Shown one piece after another: positions 45,218 through 56,800 of a stretch of DNA of 64,000 bases. The translations under genes and the position numbers were made by a program. Where the stretch lies: NCBI GenBank assembly GCA_003602575.1, contig QQRY01000001.1, positions 6,856 through 70,855 of the forward strand, written 5' to 3'. Within the stretch, counting starts at the first letter, position 1. Each line of letters opens with the position of its first letter. Below the pieces are notes generated by a model. It was given only the letters and a program-made list of their open reading frames with translations, had not been told where the DNA came from and searched no databases. The stretch is from Candidatus Poseidoniales archaeon (GTDB lineage Archaea > Thermoplasmatota > Poseidoniia > Poseidoniales > Poseidoniaceae).

Positions 45218-46588
45218 TCAGAAAGACTTTCCTACAATTGATTCTATTTCAGCAATCGTTTTTGGGCATGATGAGGTTAGTACATCAGGCCCAGATTCTG
45301 TAATTAGAACATCGTCCTCAATACGGATGCCGATATTTGAATACCTTTCAGGACAATCCACGTCCGGTCTCCAAGAACCAAAATACAAACCTGGCTCAAC
45401 TGTCAAGCACATACCTGACTCAAATAATCTAGGCTCACCGTTCGGTTTGTAAATTCCAACATCATGTACATCAAGTCCTATCCAATGGCTGGTATTATGC
45501 ATATACCAATTTTTTAATTGTCCATTTTCATTATCTAGAGATTCTTCAAGATTCTGAGTAATTACTCCTAACTTGATTAGTCCTTCAGCGAGAACTCTTC
45601 TAGCAGCTTCATGCGGTGCATTAAATGGATTGCCTACTTTACACTCTGCAATTGCCGCTTCTTGTGAATCTAAAACTAATTGGTAGAGTTCTTTTTGAGC
45701 ATCTGTAAATTTTCCATTAATAGGCCAAGAACGCGTTATATCAGAAGCATAGCCACGGAACTCAGAGCCAGCATCAATTAGAATTATTTCATCGTCTCCG
45801 CACGGCGAATTATTTTCTTTATAATGCAATATCGTAGCATTCTCTCCACAACCAACTATCGAGGGATAAGCCCATCCGGAAGTCCCAGCAAATACAAAAA
45901 ACCCTTCAATAATTGCTTGAATTTGGTTTTCGGTACGTCCTGACATAGATGAACGCATTGCAGCCTCATGTGCTATACTTGAGATAATACTGGCATGTCG
46001 CATCTGTTCAATTTCTGCAGGAGATTTCCTCAAACGTAACTCTGCAATTTTTGCACTTGGGTCTTCAATTCCAACCGGTCCACTACCGTTCATTTGTCTA
46101 GCCCTACCTCTAAGCTGGATTGCATCAGTAACTATTGAATCTATCTCATTACGAATTCCTGTTTGATGATGAACTTTTGAACACCTAGAAATGGCATCAC
46201 CAAGTCGACTTCTCAAATCGCCTATGGGGTAGGCAAAGTCGACTGCCCAGTCCTTAAGTGCCCCTTCGACTCCTGGCCTTCGACCTTCCCAAATTTCCTT
46301 TAGAGTGTCTTTAGGTTGAACAAATAGAGTTACTTTCCAAACACCATCGATGCATTCAGCAAACATTACAGATTCAGGTTCATACCAACCTGTAAGATAG
46401 ATCATATCACTTTGTGAACGATAAGGATGATGAACATCGTTAGAATGTATAGTCTCTGGTGAAGAGCATAGTATGACAATTTCATCACTACCTATTTGAG
46501 AAAATAGACGGCTTTGTCTAGAGCGAAATTCATCAATAGAAATAGGGGGTGGAGCGGAACCAACTAGAGCCCTAGCATCATCGAACAT
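45218..46588 (-). CDS. Xaa-Pro aminopeptidase (M24B family) with an N-terminal domain
   Basis: M24 pita-bread motifs: IILIDAGSEFRGYASDITRS, HNTSHWIGLDVHDVG, GMCLTVEPGLYF. Confidence 0.8.
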   Translation of the reverse strand: MFDDARALVGSAPPPISIDEFRSRQSRLFSQIGSDEIVILCSSPETIHSNDVHHPYRSQSDMIYLTGWYEPESVMFAECIDGVWKVTLFVQPKDTLKEIWEGRRPGVEGALKDWAVDFAYPIGDLRSRLGDAISRCSKVHHQTGIRNEIDSIVTDAIQLRGRARQMNGSGPVGIEDPSAKIAELRLRKSPAEIEQMRHASIISSIAHEAAMRSSMSGRTENQIQAIIEGFFVFAGTSGWAYPSIVGCGENATILHYKENNSPCGDDEIILIDAGSEFRGYASDITRSWPINGKFTDAQKELYQLVLDSQEAAIAECKVGNPFNAPHEAARRVLAEGLIKLGVITQNLEESLDNENGQLKNWYMHNTSHWIGLDVHDVGIYKPNGEPRLFESGMCLTVEPGLYFGSWRPDVDCPERYSNIGIRIEDDVLITESGPDVLTSSCPKTIAEIESIVGKSF

Positions 46589-46642
46589 AATACCACCAAA
46601 ACACCATTACTCTTGAATAATTCCTTTATAATTCACAAAAAA

Positions 46643-48145
46643 TCAATTCTTTGGTTTCCATTTAGGTAATTCGATAGTTTTTCTGGAACCCCTCATTAGG
46701 AGGAGAATCAAAAAAGCAAAGGCTACCAAAAAACCAATACCGAAACCAACAAACATTATTGCCTTTGATGATGAACTATCATCTACCACTGGCATCACCG
46801 AAAGAGAAAAAGTTAGACTCTCAGAATCCATATCATCGTCATAAACTGTTAACATAATTTCATTATTTGAGTTGATTGTAATATCATCTTCCGATAAAAC
46901 TGGGCCTGATTTATTTAATTTAACGCCATCTAAATACCATTCATATTCAAGGTAATCAATGTCGTTTATTGTATCGAAACTAGTAGATGCATTCAGTGAC
47001 CAAGCTGAACCTGGAGATACGTAAATTTGATCTCCATTAGAAATGAACAACCCATCGATGCTTAAATCTACAATTGGCACTACATTAAACACTAAAATAG
47101 AAATATTCTGTATGACAATAAAGTTCGCAGAATCACGAACTAAAAGTTGGACATCCCAATATCCTGATTCCTCAAGTACCAACTCAATAGTTGAATTGTG
47201 ATATGATTCTTCATCTAATAGACCCCTACTATTTCCATTCGGATCTGTAATTGTCCATGTCAGAGACATTTGGGAACCCACAAAGTAATCTTCGATATTC
47301 GCATAAACCAAAAAGGATTCTGACTCACGAACTTGAGACTTTGAGGTCAATTCGACAAATGGAGGATTAAGATCTAAAACTAGTCTAGAGGAGATAGTAT
47401 TAGAGTTGCGAAGATATTGGTCTTGAAGTGAAATGTCAAATAGCCAATATCCATCATCAATAGACTTTTCATCTTGGTCTATGAACACTGTCAAGTAATC
47501 TCCATCATATGTGAAATTTAAGTCAATTGATTTAGGACTATCGAGACAAACATTCGAAGGAGCTTGACAATAACTCGATATGATACTCATATCTTGACTT
47601 AGTATACCAATATTATTGACTTGATTGTTAGCAGGGGTTACTAATTTGAAGGTAACAGAGTTATTTGCTTGATCGATTTTATCATTACTTACACTATCTG
47701 GGACAATATATGGATTGTGATTATTAATGCCCAAATAAATAATTAAATCTGAGGAATATTTGACCCCACTATTAGAAATAGAAGAAATTATCAATTTACA
47801 AGTGCAGTTTAAACTAGACACATTAACATTCAAATTCCATTTCCAAAGACCTTCTTGAACGGGTATTATGGTGTTGAAATAACTCCCAAAGAGCAACTGT
47901 TTGGGAGTATCATTAGCGCCTAGATCGAATAAATCAACAATTAACCATGAATAATTATTTCCATCAAAATTCATAGTTCCATTCAAATCTACTGAGTGAA
48001 GGAAATGACTACCGTGTAAGTCATCGAATTCAATGAAACTAGTATCAGGAGAATTAGATATTTCGGCCTCAGTATTTGGAACTAAGTATGAGATAAAAAG
48101 CAAACATACGATGAGGACCGCCTTAGCAGCTAAACCTCTCACCAT
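46643..48145 (-). CDS. secreted surface protein with a C-terminal TM anchor and basic tail
   Basis: Signal peptide MVRGLAAKAVLIVCLLFISYLVPNTEA. Asn/Ser-rich beta domains. C-terminal FVGFGIGFLVAFAFLILLLM then RGSRKTIELPKWKPKN. Confidence 0.55.
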   Translation of the reverse strand: MVRGLAAKAVLIVCLLFISYLVPNTEAEISNSPDTSFIEFDDLHGSHFLHSVDLNGTMNFDGNNYSWLIVDLFDLGANDTPKQLLFGSYFNTIIPVQEGLWKWNLNVNVSSLNCTCKLIISSISNSGVKYSSDLIIYLGINNHNPYIVPDSVSNDKIDQANNSVTFKLVTPANNQVNNIGILSQDMSIISSYCQAPSNVCLDSPKSIDLNFTYDGDYLTVFIDQDEKSIDDGYWLFDISLQDQYLRNSNTISSRLVLDLNPPFVELTSKSQVRESESFLVYANIEDYFVGSQMSLTWTITDPNGNSRGLLDEESYHNSTIELVLEESGYWDVQLLVRDSANFIVIQNISILVFNVVPIVDLSIDGLFISNGDQIYVSPGSAWSLNASTSFDTINDIDYLEYEWYLDGVKLNKSGPVLSEDDITINSNNEIMLTVYDDDMDSESLTFSLSVMPVVDDSSSSKAIMFVGFGIGFLVAFAFLILLLMRGSRKTIELPKWKPKN

Positions 48146-48201
48146 GAAGTTCTGTTTTCCTTTTGTTTCATCAAGTTTGGCACGACATGTGCCGTCTCAA
48201 A

Positions 48202-51200
48202 TCATTCGAATGGATCGCACAGTTCGCCTTGACCAGGGAAACTATTGGGGTCCCTAGGGCTTGTATCCCACTTATACTCACAGTAGTTTACATGACCATC
48301 GCCATCAGTATCAAACATACGGTCAGCAGGATCAAATGGGTCAAACGAGAAGTGATATTCCCATCCAGTTGCCATTCCATCTTCATCGTGATCTTGGAAG
48401 TAAACTTCAGGACCATCAGTCCATAGATCCCCATCAGTATCATTGGAAACAGGATTTGTGTTATTTTCCATCTCTTCGAAATTGGTGTAGTTTGCCAAGT
48501 TATCATAGAATCTCTTACCATCTGGAGTATCTGGGTCGATATGACATTCAGAACTTGTAGAATCATTGTATCCTGGACAATATCTCTTTATCAAGCCTGT
48601 TTGATTGAGACCATCCTCATCAGGGTCTTCTAAGCCATCAGGTATACCATCCAAATCACTATCATACATTGACGGATCTAATACACCTCTAGCACCATAT
48701 GCATCAAGTGTACCATTATCAACAAGTCCACTTTCTATGGCATACTGAGAATATTTAACTTCCCATCCATCAAATAGTAAGTCCCCATCTGAATCACGGT
48801 CAACTGGATTAGTATTCCATTTATCTGGAGCTTCAGCACTGTTCATCAAAGTATCATTATCGATATCATAGACATTATCTGCCAACTTGCTAATATAGGA
48901 TTCATTAGAAGGGTCTAGAGCCCATCTACCATTACATCCATCACATAATGGATTAGCAGGTACATTAAACCCTGATAGATTCATTTCATAAACTTCAAAC
49001 TTCTTTTGCTGTACAAAACCACCAAGAGAATTTTGCCAAACATAACCACCTGGTTCTTTAGTACATGAATTACTACCAGTGTTCTCACAGTTCGGCAAGT
49101 TCCATGAAGAAGTAGCAACCCACAGGCTGTGTGAATTAGTATTATCTTCTTGAGATTTAACCTGCATCTCCCATCCATCTAACATGCCATCAAAATCGGT
49201 GTCATTCAATAATGGGTGCGTACGTTCTTGGAATGGTCTAGGAATAAATAGAACTTCACTACCATCCTTGAGTCCATCGCCATCAGTATCAGAGTTGTTA
49301 GCGTGAGTCAAAAATTGATCTTTTCCAGGAATTACTTCTTCCCCATCTTCAAGTCCATCGTTATCGGTGTCAAACATGCACGCGTTAGTGGTATATGCTT
49401 CGCCACCACCTGTCAATGGCCATACAAGAGTACCGCCACCACCTGTAGCTTCGAATTGATCACTCAATCCATCACCATCGGTGTCAGGATTCGAGGCATT
49501 GGAGCCACTGTCACAAAGTGAAGAGTACTCAGTGTAATCAGATAGCCCGTCTTCATCAGTGTCAAACAATCCTGGGTCCGATACAACGTGTGTCAACTCA
49601 ACACCGCGATTGACAACTAATATATCCCAACCAAATACTTCAATTCCATCCTTTAATCCATCACCATCAGTATCAGGATTCATAGGGTCTGTGGAACGCC
49701 CAATAATCGGACTGGGGATGTTTGTACCATCCAAAAATGGCTCGTTACCTTGATATCTTGCTTCATATTCATCCTCATTAGTAAACATTTCATCTTGTTC
49801 GACTATTTCCATCCATGAAGTAAGTCGAGATGTGATGATTTGGTCCTCTTGGACAAATATGGAATAAACAAAACCCTCGGACTTAGCTTTCAAGTATACG
49901 AATTCAGTATTTCCACCTGCCAAAATTATTTCTCCCCTAGCAACTGTTTCATTCTCTTGAACTGCTTGATCGATCTCCACATAAATATCTACAACTCTAG
50001 TATCAAGAACTAAGTCATCATAAGTTACTGCTCCATCACCATCTCTATCCCAACCATCTTTGTCAGGATCTAATTTGCCATTATCACCATCTCTTGGATT
50101 TAGGCCATTATTTGTCTCCCAACCATCGGGCATACTATCATCATCAGTATCAACACTCCATGGTGATGTGAAATTTTTAGGACCAAAAATAGTAGCAGAT
50201 TGATATTCTTCTAAGTTATTTAGATCATCTGTATCCCAATCATAGAAACCATCAGTAGGGTCACTAGGATTCAATAATTCGGTAATATTTCCGCTTGGCG
50301 AATCGACAAGATGAGAATAACAGTATTCGAAACCATCAGGCATACCGTCTCCATCGGTGTCCCAATCTGAAGGACCGTTGAGAAGGCCATCTCCATCATC
50401 ATCCAAGTAGAACCAGCTAGCATTCTTAGTCATGAATGGTGCATCACGGGTTATTGCAAACTCTAAATCTTCATTACAATTATCTCCAGTTCCAATCATT
50501 AAATTATCAATAACAGAATTAGAGACTTCATCAATATCATTCAATAAATCAAAGTCTGAATCCTTTAGAAGAGGGTTAGTACCGTATATTTCCTCTTGGA
50601 AATTTGAAAGACCATCAGAGTCGGAATCCAGTACAGCGTCACAAGAATGTGAGCCCACTGAATTTCCAAGTTCTTGCCACGTAGGTGTGAAATCGTCAGT
50701 GTTAAATTTCTCAGTTAACGCTAATTCTAAGTCAATAGTTAGTAATTGACAGTCCCAATTTCCGCTTAGAGGATCAAAGAGGGTAATTGTTCCTCCAGTA
50801 ACTTCAATAGTGGTTGTATAGAGTGATTCCCAACGGTCGTTTAATCCATCGTTATCTGTGTCAGAACGTTGAGGGTCAGTAGAAAGATTTTGCTCGACTT
50901 GATTAGTCAATCCATCATTATCAGGGTCTCCATTAGGACCTTGATTAGGGTCTGGCCATGATTCGGTTTCATTTTCTTGGTTAGCATTACCTGTATCTGC
51001 TTCGCCTGGGTCCTGTTCAAGAGGATCTGCCTCTCCATTATCTAGCGGATTTAGTCCATGTTCAACTTCCCAACCATCATCCATTCCATCACCATCTGTA
51101 TCGGGATCAAGTGGATTTGTACCGAATTGAGTTTCCTCCAAAGTATCTGCTAATCCATCATTATCTGAGTCCAATGCTTCACTAGAAACACTTCCCTCGC

Positions 51201-51345
51201 CTTGAATATCCTCTTCGGATGCGCTATCAAAATTACCTAGTGATTCACTAGTTTGCAGATATCCTGTAAAACCTACGAAAAACGAGCCAAAAATTAATGT
51301 CGAAACGATTGCAACATATGCCATTTGATTGTGATTTAGAGCCAT
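48202..51345 (-). CDS. large N-terminally anchored acidic surface protein with many thrombospondin-type-3-like DxDxDG calcium-binding repeats
   Basis: N-terminal hydrophobic anchor AYVAIVSTLIFGSFFVGFTGYL. Dozens of repeats of the DSDNDGLAD / DPDTDGDGMDDGWE / DTDGDGLKDGIE type. Confidence 0.65.
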   Translation of the reverse strand: MALNHNQMAYVAIVSTLIFGSFFVGFTGYLQTSESLGNFDSASEEDIQGEGSVSSEALDSDNDGLADTLEETQFGTNPLDPDTDGDGMDDGWEVEHGLNPLDNGEADPLEQDPGEADTGNANQENETESWPDPNQGPNGDPDNDGLTNQVEQNLSTDPQRSDTDNDGLNDRWESLYTTTIEVTGGTITLFDPLSGNWDCQLLTIDLELALTEKFNTDDFTPTWQELGNSVGSHSCDAVLDSDSDGLSNFQEEIYGTNPLLKDSDFDLLNDIDEVSNSVIDNLMIGTGDNCNEDLEFAITRDAPFMTKNASWFYLDDDGDGLLNGPSDWDTDGDGMPDGFEYCYSHLVDSPSGNITELLNPSDPTDGFYDWDTDDLNNLEEYQSATIFGPKNFTSPWSVDTDDDSMPDGWETNNGLNPRDGDNGKLDPDKDGWDRDGDGAVTYDDLVLDTRVVDIYVEIDQAVQENETVARGEIILAGGNTEFVYLKAKSEGFVYSIFVQEDQIITSRLTSWMEIVEQDEMFTNEDEYEARYQGNEPFLDGTNIPSPIIGRSTDPMNPDTDGDGLKDGIEVFGWDILVVNRGVELTHVVSDPGLFDTDEDGLSDYTEYSSLCDSGSNASNPDTDGDGLSDQFEATGGGGTLVWPLTGGGEAYTTNACMFDTDNDGLEDGEEVIPGKDQFLTHANNSDTDGDGLKDGSEVLFIPRPFQERTHPLLNDTDFDGMLDGWEMQVKSQEDNTNSHSLWVATSSWNLPNCENTGSNSCTKEPGGYVWQNSLGGFVQQKKFEVYEMNLSGFNVPANPLCDGCNGRWALDPSNESYISKLADNVYDIDNDTLMNSAEAPDKWNTNPVDRDSDGDLLFDGWEVKYSQYAIESGLVDNGTLDAYGARGVLDPSMYDSDLDGIPDGLEDPDEDGLNQTGLIKRYCPGYNDSTSSECHIDPDTPDGKRFYDNLANYTNFEEMENNTNPVSNDTDGDLWTDGPEVYFQDHDEDGMATGWEYHFSFDPFDPADRMFDTDGDGHVNYCEYKWDTSPRDPNSFPGQGELCDPFE

Positions 51346-51437
51346 TCTTTACACCCGCGTTACTACCGCAAGGTAAACGACTCAATGCTTCGGTTATAGA
51401 CCTTAACCATTAATGCGTATTTTTCTTGACCAAAAAA

Positions 51438-52502
51438 TTAGGCATATTCTAACAATGATTCAATTAAGATTTCAATATTATCTCCGTTAAATAATAGTGA
51501 TACTTTAGGTTTCTTGCCATGAGAACGTTCCCAAATACCCATTATTTGGCCGATGAAAAATGGCAGAATTTCATTTAACTGATATATGATTCTTATAGAA
51601 TTAGTATTTGATTCAACTGATAAATCCGAAGGATGACCCCAACCCCACTGCTTGCAATAATGAGAAATGACATTATCCCATGAATCTGCTGATTCAGCAA
51701 AAACATGTTTATCTGAGTTCAAAAATAATAGATAAGAAGAATATGATGCTAGTATCAATGGTTTGACAAATCTACCATCAATTCCAACAACATTCCAAGA
51801 CTGTATAATCTCTGCTCCCAGTGCAGTCTTTGCACCCAAAGTCGAATAGAATAATCTAGAGAACATCGACACAGGTAATACTACCATTGGTTCGCCATCT
51901 ACCGACCAACCCAAGTCTCTAGATTCAAGGGCAAAATCTACAGGTTTATTTGCAAATAATTCTTCTTTACTGACCCATGGCAACTCAGTGTGCCTTTTAG
52001 CAATTGGTAACTCATTGGGGTCTAAATTAAGTTCGAGCATTATTTCAGTCTGGCTAATTTGCTTCCACTCAGATTTATATCTGAAATTATTGAAACTTTC
52101 AATACCTGCTACAGCAAAACCAGATGCAATACTCGAGGGTAGTTTTGTAATGATTCGCTTTGATTCAACTTTCAATTCTCCCCAACCAAAAAGATGCCAA
52201 CGATTTGAGAGCCTTCTTAGGTTTCCTGATTTTTTGAACCAGCCAGTCTTAACGAGTTCAGAGGTATGTATTTGAAACTCCTCTTCATCACAGCAACTAT
52301 TGAATAATTTCCTTCCAAATGGAATCGCTAAATTTGTTTCGAAGATACCCCACCATCTTTCAATATCAGAAATACTCCACACCATCCAGTTTCGATTGTA
52401 TGAATCCTTAATCAAACCTTCATCTGTAATTGAAAAATAATCTTTAAATTCTCGCGTCAAATCTGCGTCAATCAAAGATTCACCTGAATCAATTAAGGGC
52501 AT
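51438..52502 (-). CDS. hypothetical protein
   Basis: 354-aa Trp-rich soluble protein. No motif recognised. Confidence 0.4.
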   Translation of the reverse strand: MPLIDSGESLIDADLTREFKDYFSITDEGLIKDSYNRNWMVWSISDIERWWGIFETNLAIPFGRKLFNSCCDEEEFQIHTSELVKTGWFKKSGNLRRLSNRWHLFGWGELKVESKRIITKLPSSIASGFAVAGIESFNNFRYKSEWKQISQTEIMLELNLDPNELPIAKRHTELPWVSKEELFANKPVDFALESRDLGWSVDGEPMVVLPVSMFSRLFYSTLGAKTALGAEIIQSWNVVGIDGRFVKPLILASYSSYLLFLNSDKHVFAESADSWDNVISHYCKQWGWGHPSDLSVESNTNSIRIIYQLNEILPFFIGQIMGIWERSHGKKPKVSLLFNGDNIEILIESLLEYA

Positions 52503-52511
52503 TCTTAAAAC

Positions 52512-53825
52512 CTACAATGGATACCCTGATTGGTTAGATTCATTGAAACAGTAACGAATAACTTGGAAATCTGATTTTAGAGTTTTTACATCTTGTTTAA
52601 CAGCACTTGGATCTTCATTTTTTAGTAATACTCTAGCGTAAAGTGATGCGACTTCTTGCATCTCATTAGCACCCATCCCAACTCTAGTTAACTCTTGTAC
52701 ACCAAGCCTGAGGCCGGAAGGAGATAATGCCTTAGTATCACCTGGAAGCATATTCATGTTGGTAATAATGCCTGCCTGTTCTAGTAAGTCTGCAGCTTTT
52801 GCACCCGCACCCGAGTCTTTCTCTCCATGCCTTGTCAACACCTGATGAGATGCTGTATAGTTACGACTCTCAGCAAGAACGTCAAAACCTTCTGCTGCCA
52901 AGGCCTGAGCAAAGGTTTGAGCATTCTTTACAATATTCTCTGCATAAGACTGCCCATATTCTTCAAATTCAGCCAATGCAACTACTTTACCGGCAACATG
53001 GTGCAAGTGATATGATGAACAAACTCCTGGGAAAATAGCATTATTCAGTTTCTTATGCATTTTTTCATCTTCACTCGATGATAGTAGAAATCCTCCTTGA
53101 GGACCTGGGAACGTCTTATGAGATGAGCCAGTCATTACATCTGCACCTTCTCGAAGAGGGTCTTGAAAAACACCTCCAGCTATTAATCCCAATACATGTG
53201 CTCCATCATACATAACTGTAGAATCAACCTCATGGGCTGCATCTGCTATTTCTCTAAGAGGGGTCGGGAATAAAAACACGGACTGACCAATTAGCGATAC
53301 TTTAGGCTTAATATCTCGAATAAGTGCACATGCACCATCAATATCAGGTTCCATACGTTCTTCATTCCATGGATAGGTTGAAAGATCGAGGTCCCGCAAA
53401 CCGACTGCACCCATTCTAGCATGGGATATGTGACCACCGTCTGCTGTTGATACCGCTGTTATTTTATCGCCTGGTTTCGCTAAGGCTTTCAAAGCGGCAA
53501 TATTTGAAACGGTCCCAGATGTTGATTGGATATTAGCGAAAGGAGCCCCAAATACTGATTTTGCAAGTTCAATCCCTAAACTTTCAATTGTGTCAAAATC
53601 ATCACAACCTTGGTAGTATCTCCGCCCAGGCAATCCTTCAGCATATCTTCCATGTAAATCACTAGCTACAATTTTTTGTACCATTGGGGATACGATGTTT
53701 TCGGATGCTATCATACCTAGTCCATTGCGGTAAAGTTTACCACTCGATGCTGTTGCGTCAAGTACTTTTTGTGCCTTCGAAAAGGTTGATTCACTTGGAG
53801 TCCATGAACCGTCATCTCTGCTCAT
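52512..53825 (-). CDS. glyA: serine hydroxymethyltransferase
   Basis: GLGMIASENIVSPMV...GRYAEGLPGRRYYQG...TGSSHKTFPGPQGG contains the PLP-lysine motif SHKT. Confidence 0.9.
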   Translation of the reverse strand: MSRDDGSWTPSESTFSKAQKVLDATASSGKLYRNGLGMIASENIVSPMVQKIVASDLHGRYAEGLPGRRYYQGCDDFDTIESLGIELAKSVFGAPFANIQSTSGTVSNIAALKALAKPGDKITAVSTADGGHISHARMGAVGLRDLDLSTYPWNEERMEPDIDGACALIRDIKPKVSLIGQSVFLFPTPLREIADAAHEVDSTVMYDGAHVLGLIAGGVFQDPLREGADVMTGSSHKTFPGPQGGFLLSSSEDEKMHKKLNNAIFPGVCSSYHLHHVAGKVVALAEFEEYGQSYAENIVKNAQTFAQALAAEGFDVLAESRNYTASHQVLTRHGEKDSGAGAKAADLLEQAGIITNMNMLPGDTKALSPSGLRLGVQELTRVGMGANEMQEVASLYARVLLKNEDPSAVKQDVKTLKSDFQVIRYCFNESNQSGYPL

Positions 53826-53869
53826 GATTTAGCGTCAGTGAATACGGTCTTTGAATACATTGATTGATT

Positions 53870-56800
53870 TCAAACAGGTGGTCTTCTGTTTTTACCACCA
53901 TAACCGGGTAGATTTTTAGAATTACCAACTCTAACATTAGGCTTATTTTTTGGTAATTTGGATTTACGTTCCGATTTACGAGTGTTGGTGGGGATTCCCC
54001 TAGAACCTAAATCAACAGAATGAGCAGGACGAGGAGATGTTCTAACCATACCAGTTGGTCGACTATTTTTACCGGCCTTCCTATCTATGTACGAAGGTCT
54101 CCCTCTATATGCAACTGGACCTATCAATCTCTCCAATGCAGGAACTTCTGAGCCATCTTCCTTTGGCCTCTTTAACCACCAACCTTCCCCCAAAGGCTGA
54201 AGTCTTGGAGGTCTTGATTTTGATATCTTCTTACTTCTTCTTTTCAATCTAGCTCTAACGGTTTTGTCAGAATCTTTTGGAAGATGTTCGGTAAGCCATG
54301 CAGGAACTCCAATATCTAAAACAACTCCATTAACAGTCACCAATATTCCAGACAGCAATAGATGAGTACCTACTGGTATATTGGATTTGTCTGGAGCGAC
54401 CTTGAATCTCCGCATCCTCTTCGCATAAGCAACCATAGCTTTCTGGTCTCTATGCCTTATTTGTCGCCTCTGTTGCAATAATAATTTTCTTGAAGAGTAA
54501 TGGAGGAGTAATAATGTCACAGAGACTGCGGCTCCTTGAATTTCAGTTCTAATTGATGCAACGTAAATACCTAGAAGAATCCAAATTGGAATTAAAATCA
54601 AAATATTAGCGACAAATGTAAGTCGGCCCGATGAATATCTTGGTGGCATAGAACGCCTGGTTGCTTCATGCGCTGTAACTAGGACATTTGCATTAATGGC
54701 TTCATCCATTCCACCTTTAATTCCAAGTGCAGCTACAGAATTTACTGGAGCACTGTTAATCCATTTCTTCATCTTCTTGCCTTCTCCTGAAACTAAAGCA
54801 ACTTCGAACTCTTCTTCATCCATGGATTGTTGACCAAGTATTGAAGAAAGTGCTAACACTCTTGGATCTTGTGAATCACTTTCCAGAAGTTCTTTCTCAA
54901 TTGACCTCGCACTATGCCAATCACCCTTATCGATTAGACATAGGGCTGAAGCGATTCTTGGCCTAACTCCTGTAGGATCCTGTCTAACTAATCTTAATGA
55001 AATATCTAGAGCCTCGTCATGCATCCTTTGAGCGCGAAGTAGAGAGACCATGGATAACTGAGCAACTCGCGTCAATCTATCTTTGTGAATAACATCCAAA
55101 CTTTGTTTTGGATTCCAATTTCTAATCATTTGCATGGTGTTTTGAATATGGTCAATACATGAATTGTTCTCCCAATCCCAAAAATCATCCTCATCAACAT
55201 TTCCTTGCCATGGGTCTAACCATTCGCAAACAAAACTCAATAATTCTGGCTCATCATAACCCTCTGGTTGCTCTAGCCCGTGTAGTGCTTCTCTTGCAGC
55301 ATCAAGCCTTCTAGATGCCATATGCCCGACTGCAATCAACATTCGAGCAATATCGTCATCTCCACCAGACTGGGCTAGAACCTTTCTAGCCTCTTCAATC
55401 GCTAAAGGCCATAATCCTCTGATAGAGAGTTCCCACATTCTAGCTCTTGCTTTTTCGTGTCTAATCAAGGCTGGGTCTCCATCCAAAGAACGTCTCTGAA
55501 ATTGTATCAAGGAATCAAGATCTTCCTCAAGGGCAGCTTGGTCAACAAGGGTCCGCATCCAGTCACCGCCCGCAAGTCTAACCGCACCTTCTCTCCTCTC
55601 ATCTGGATTTAAATCGAATCGAAGTTTACGTAATGAAGAATATCTAATTATTGAAACCAACCAAGTTAAGAGGAAAACTGTTTGACCTACTGCTATAAAC
55701 ATCCAAGTGGTTAAAAGACGCATTCCCTCGTCAAAACCCCTAGATTCAATCCAATCTGTAAATGGCATCAAAGAGCCAAATTCTTTGTAACATACGAGGA
55801 CGAGTAATAGTACAGTATAACCGGAGAAGCCTGCAAAAGCGAATTTTAATTGTCGTGTTTGAGCACTAACCTCTGACCTAATTTCACGTGGTGTGTCGAG
55901 TGTAACTCCAAATACCCCGCCAAAGGTCTGACCTCCAAGTATTAAGTTACGAGTTAATTCAAATATGAAAGCAAGACCAACAATCGCAATATTCAATGAT
56001 AAATACAGAGAAAGGAATTGTGGCATACTCTTTATTATTTCCCACTCGAATAATATCTCAGAAATTATGTCGATACGTTCATACAATGAATGACCTATAA
56101 TACCCCCATAATTCAAAACTTCAGTTGAATTTGTGGGCTCATTAATTAATACATGAATTACAGTTACTATGCCATTCAAAGCAGTGAGAGGCATTGTCAA
56201 TAAGAATATTACAAGAATAAGAGAGAATAATCGGTTTAAAATTCCAGCTTTATCTGGATCGATTGGATTTTTACGGCCATTAGAAGTTCTCCACTTATTT
56301 ATTAGAAGCATATTCCATGAAGCCCCCATAATTCTTCCATAAGCAAAAATCGTTGGAGACATGAAAACAAGCATTGCGGCTGCAAGCCATACGGGTTCAA
56401 TAAATAAATCATCAGACTTACTCATACCATAGTATAGTACTGCCAAAGTAGATGTTACGAGAATTATTAGTGTGAATGACCTTCTAAAGAAAATTACTAA
56501 TTTACTTCCCGACAGACTCTTCTGTTTCTTACTAGTCAACTGGGCGTTCAATGTTTCCCAAGGAGAAATTAATATTGGAATCAAGATTAACAAACCAATG
56601 ATGTATAAATCTGGGCCGAAAAATGACTCTGGTTGAAAAATGAATTCTGCTATAAGAATTAATATCCCCGTCATACCCATCATGTATAATCCAACACCAT
56701 AACCCACAGAACCTTCACCCAAAAGTTCGCGAGCATCTGAAACATCTCTAGTAATTCTATGCACTTCATACAAATCATCATCTATCTCGAAAGCGACTTG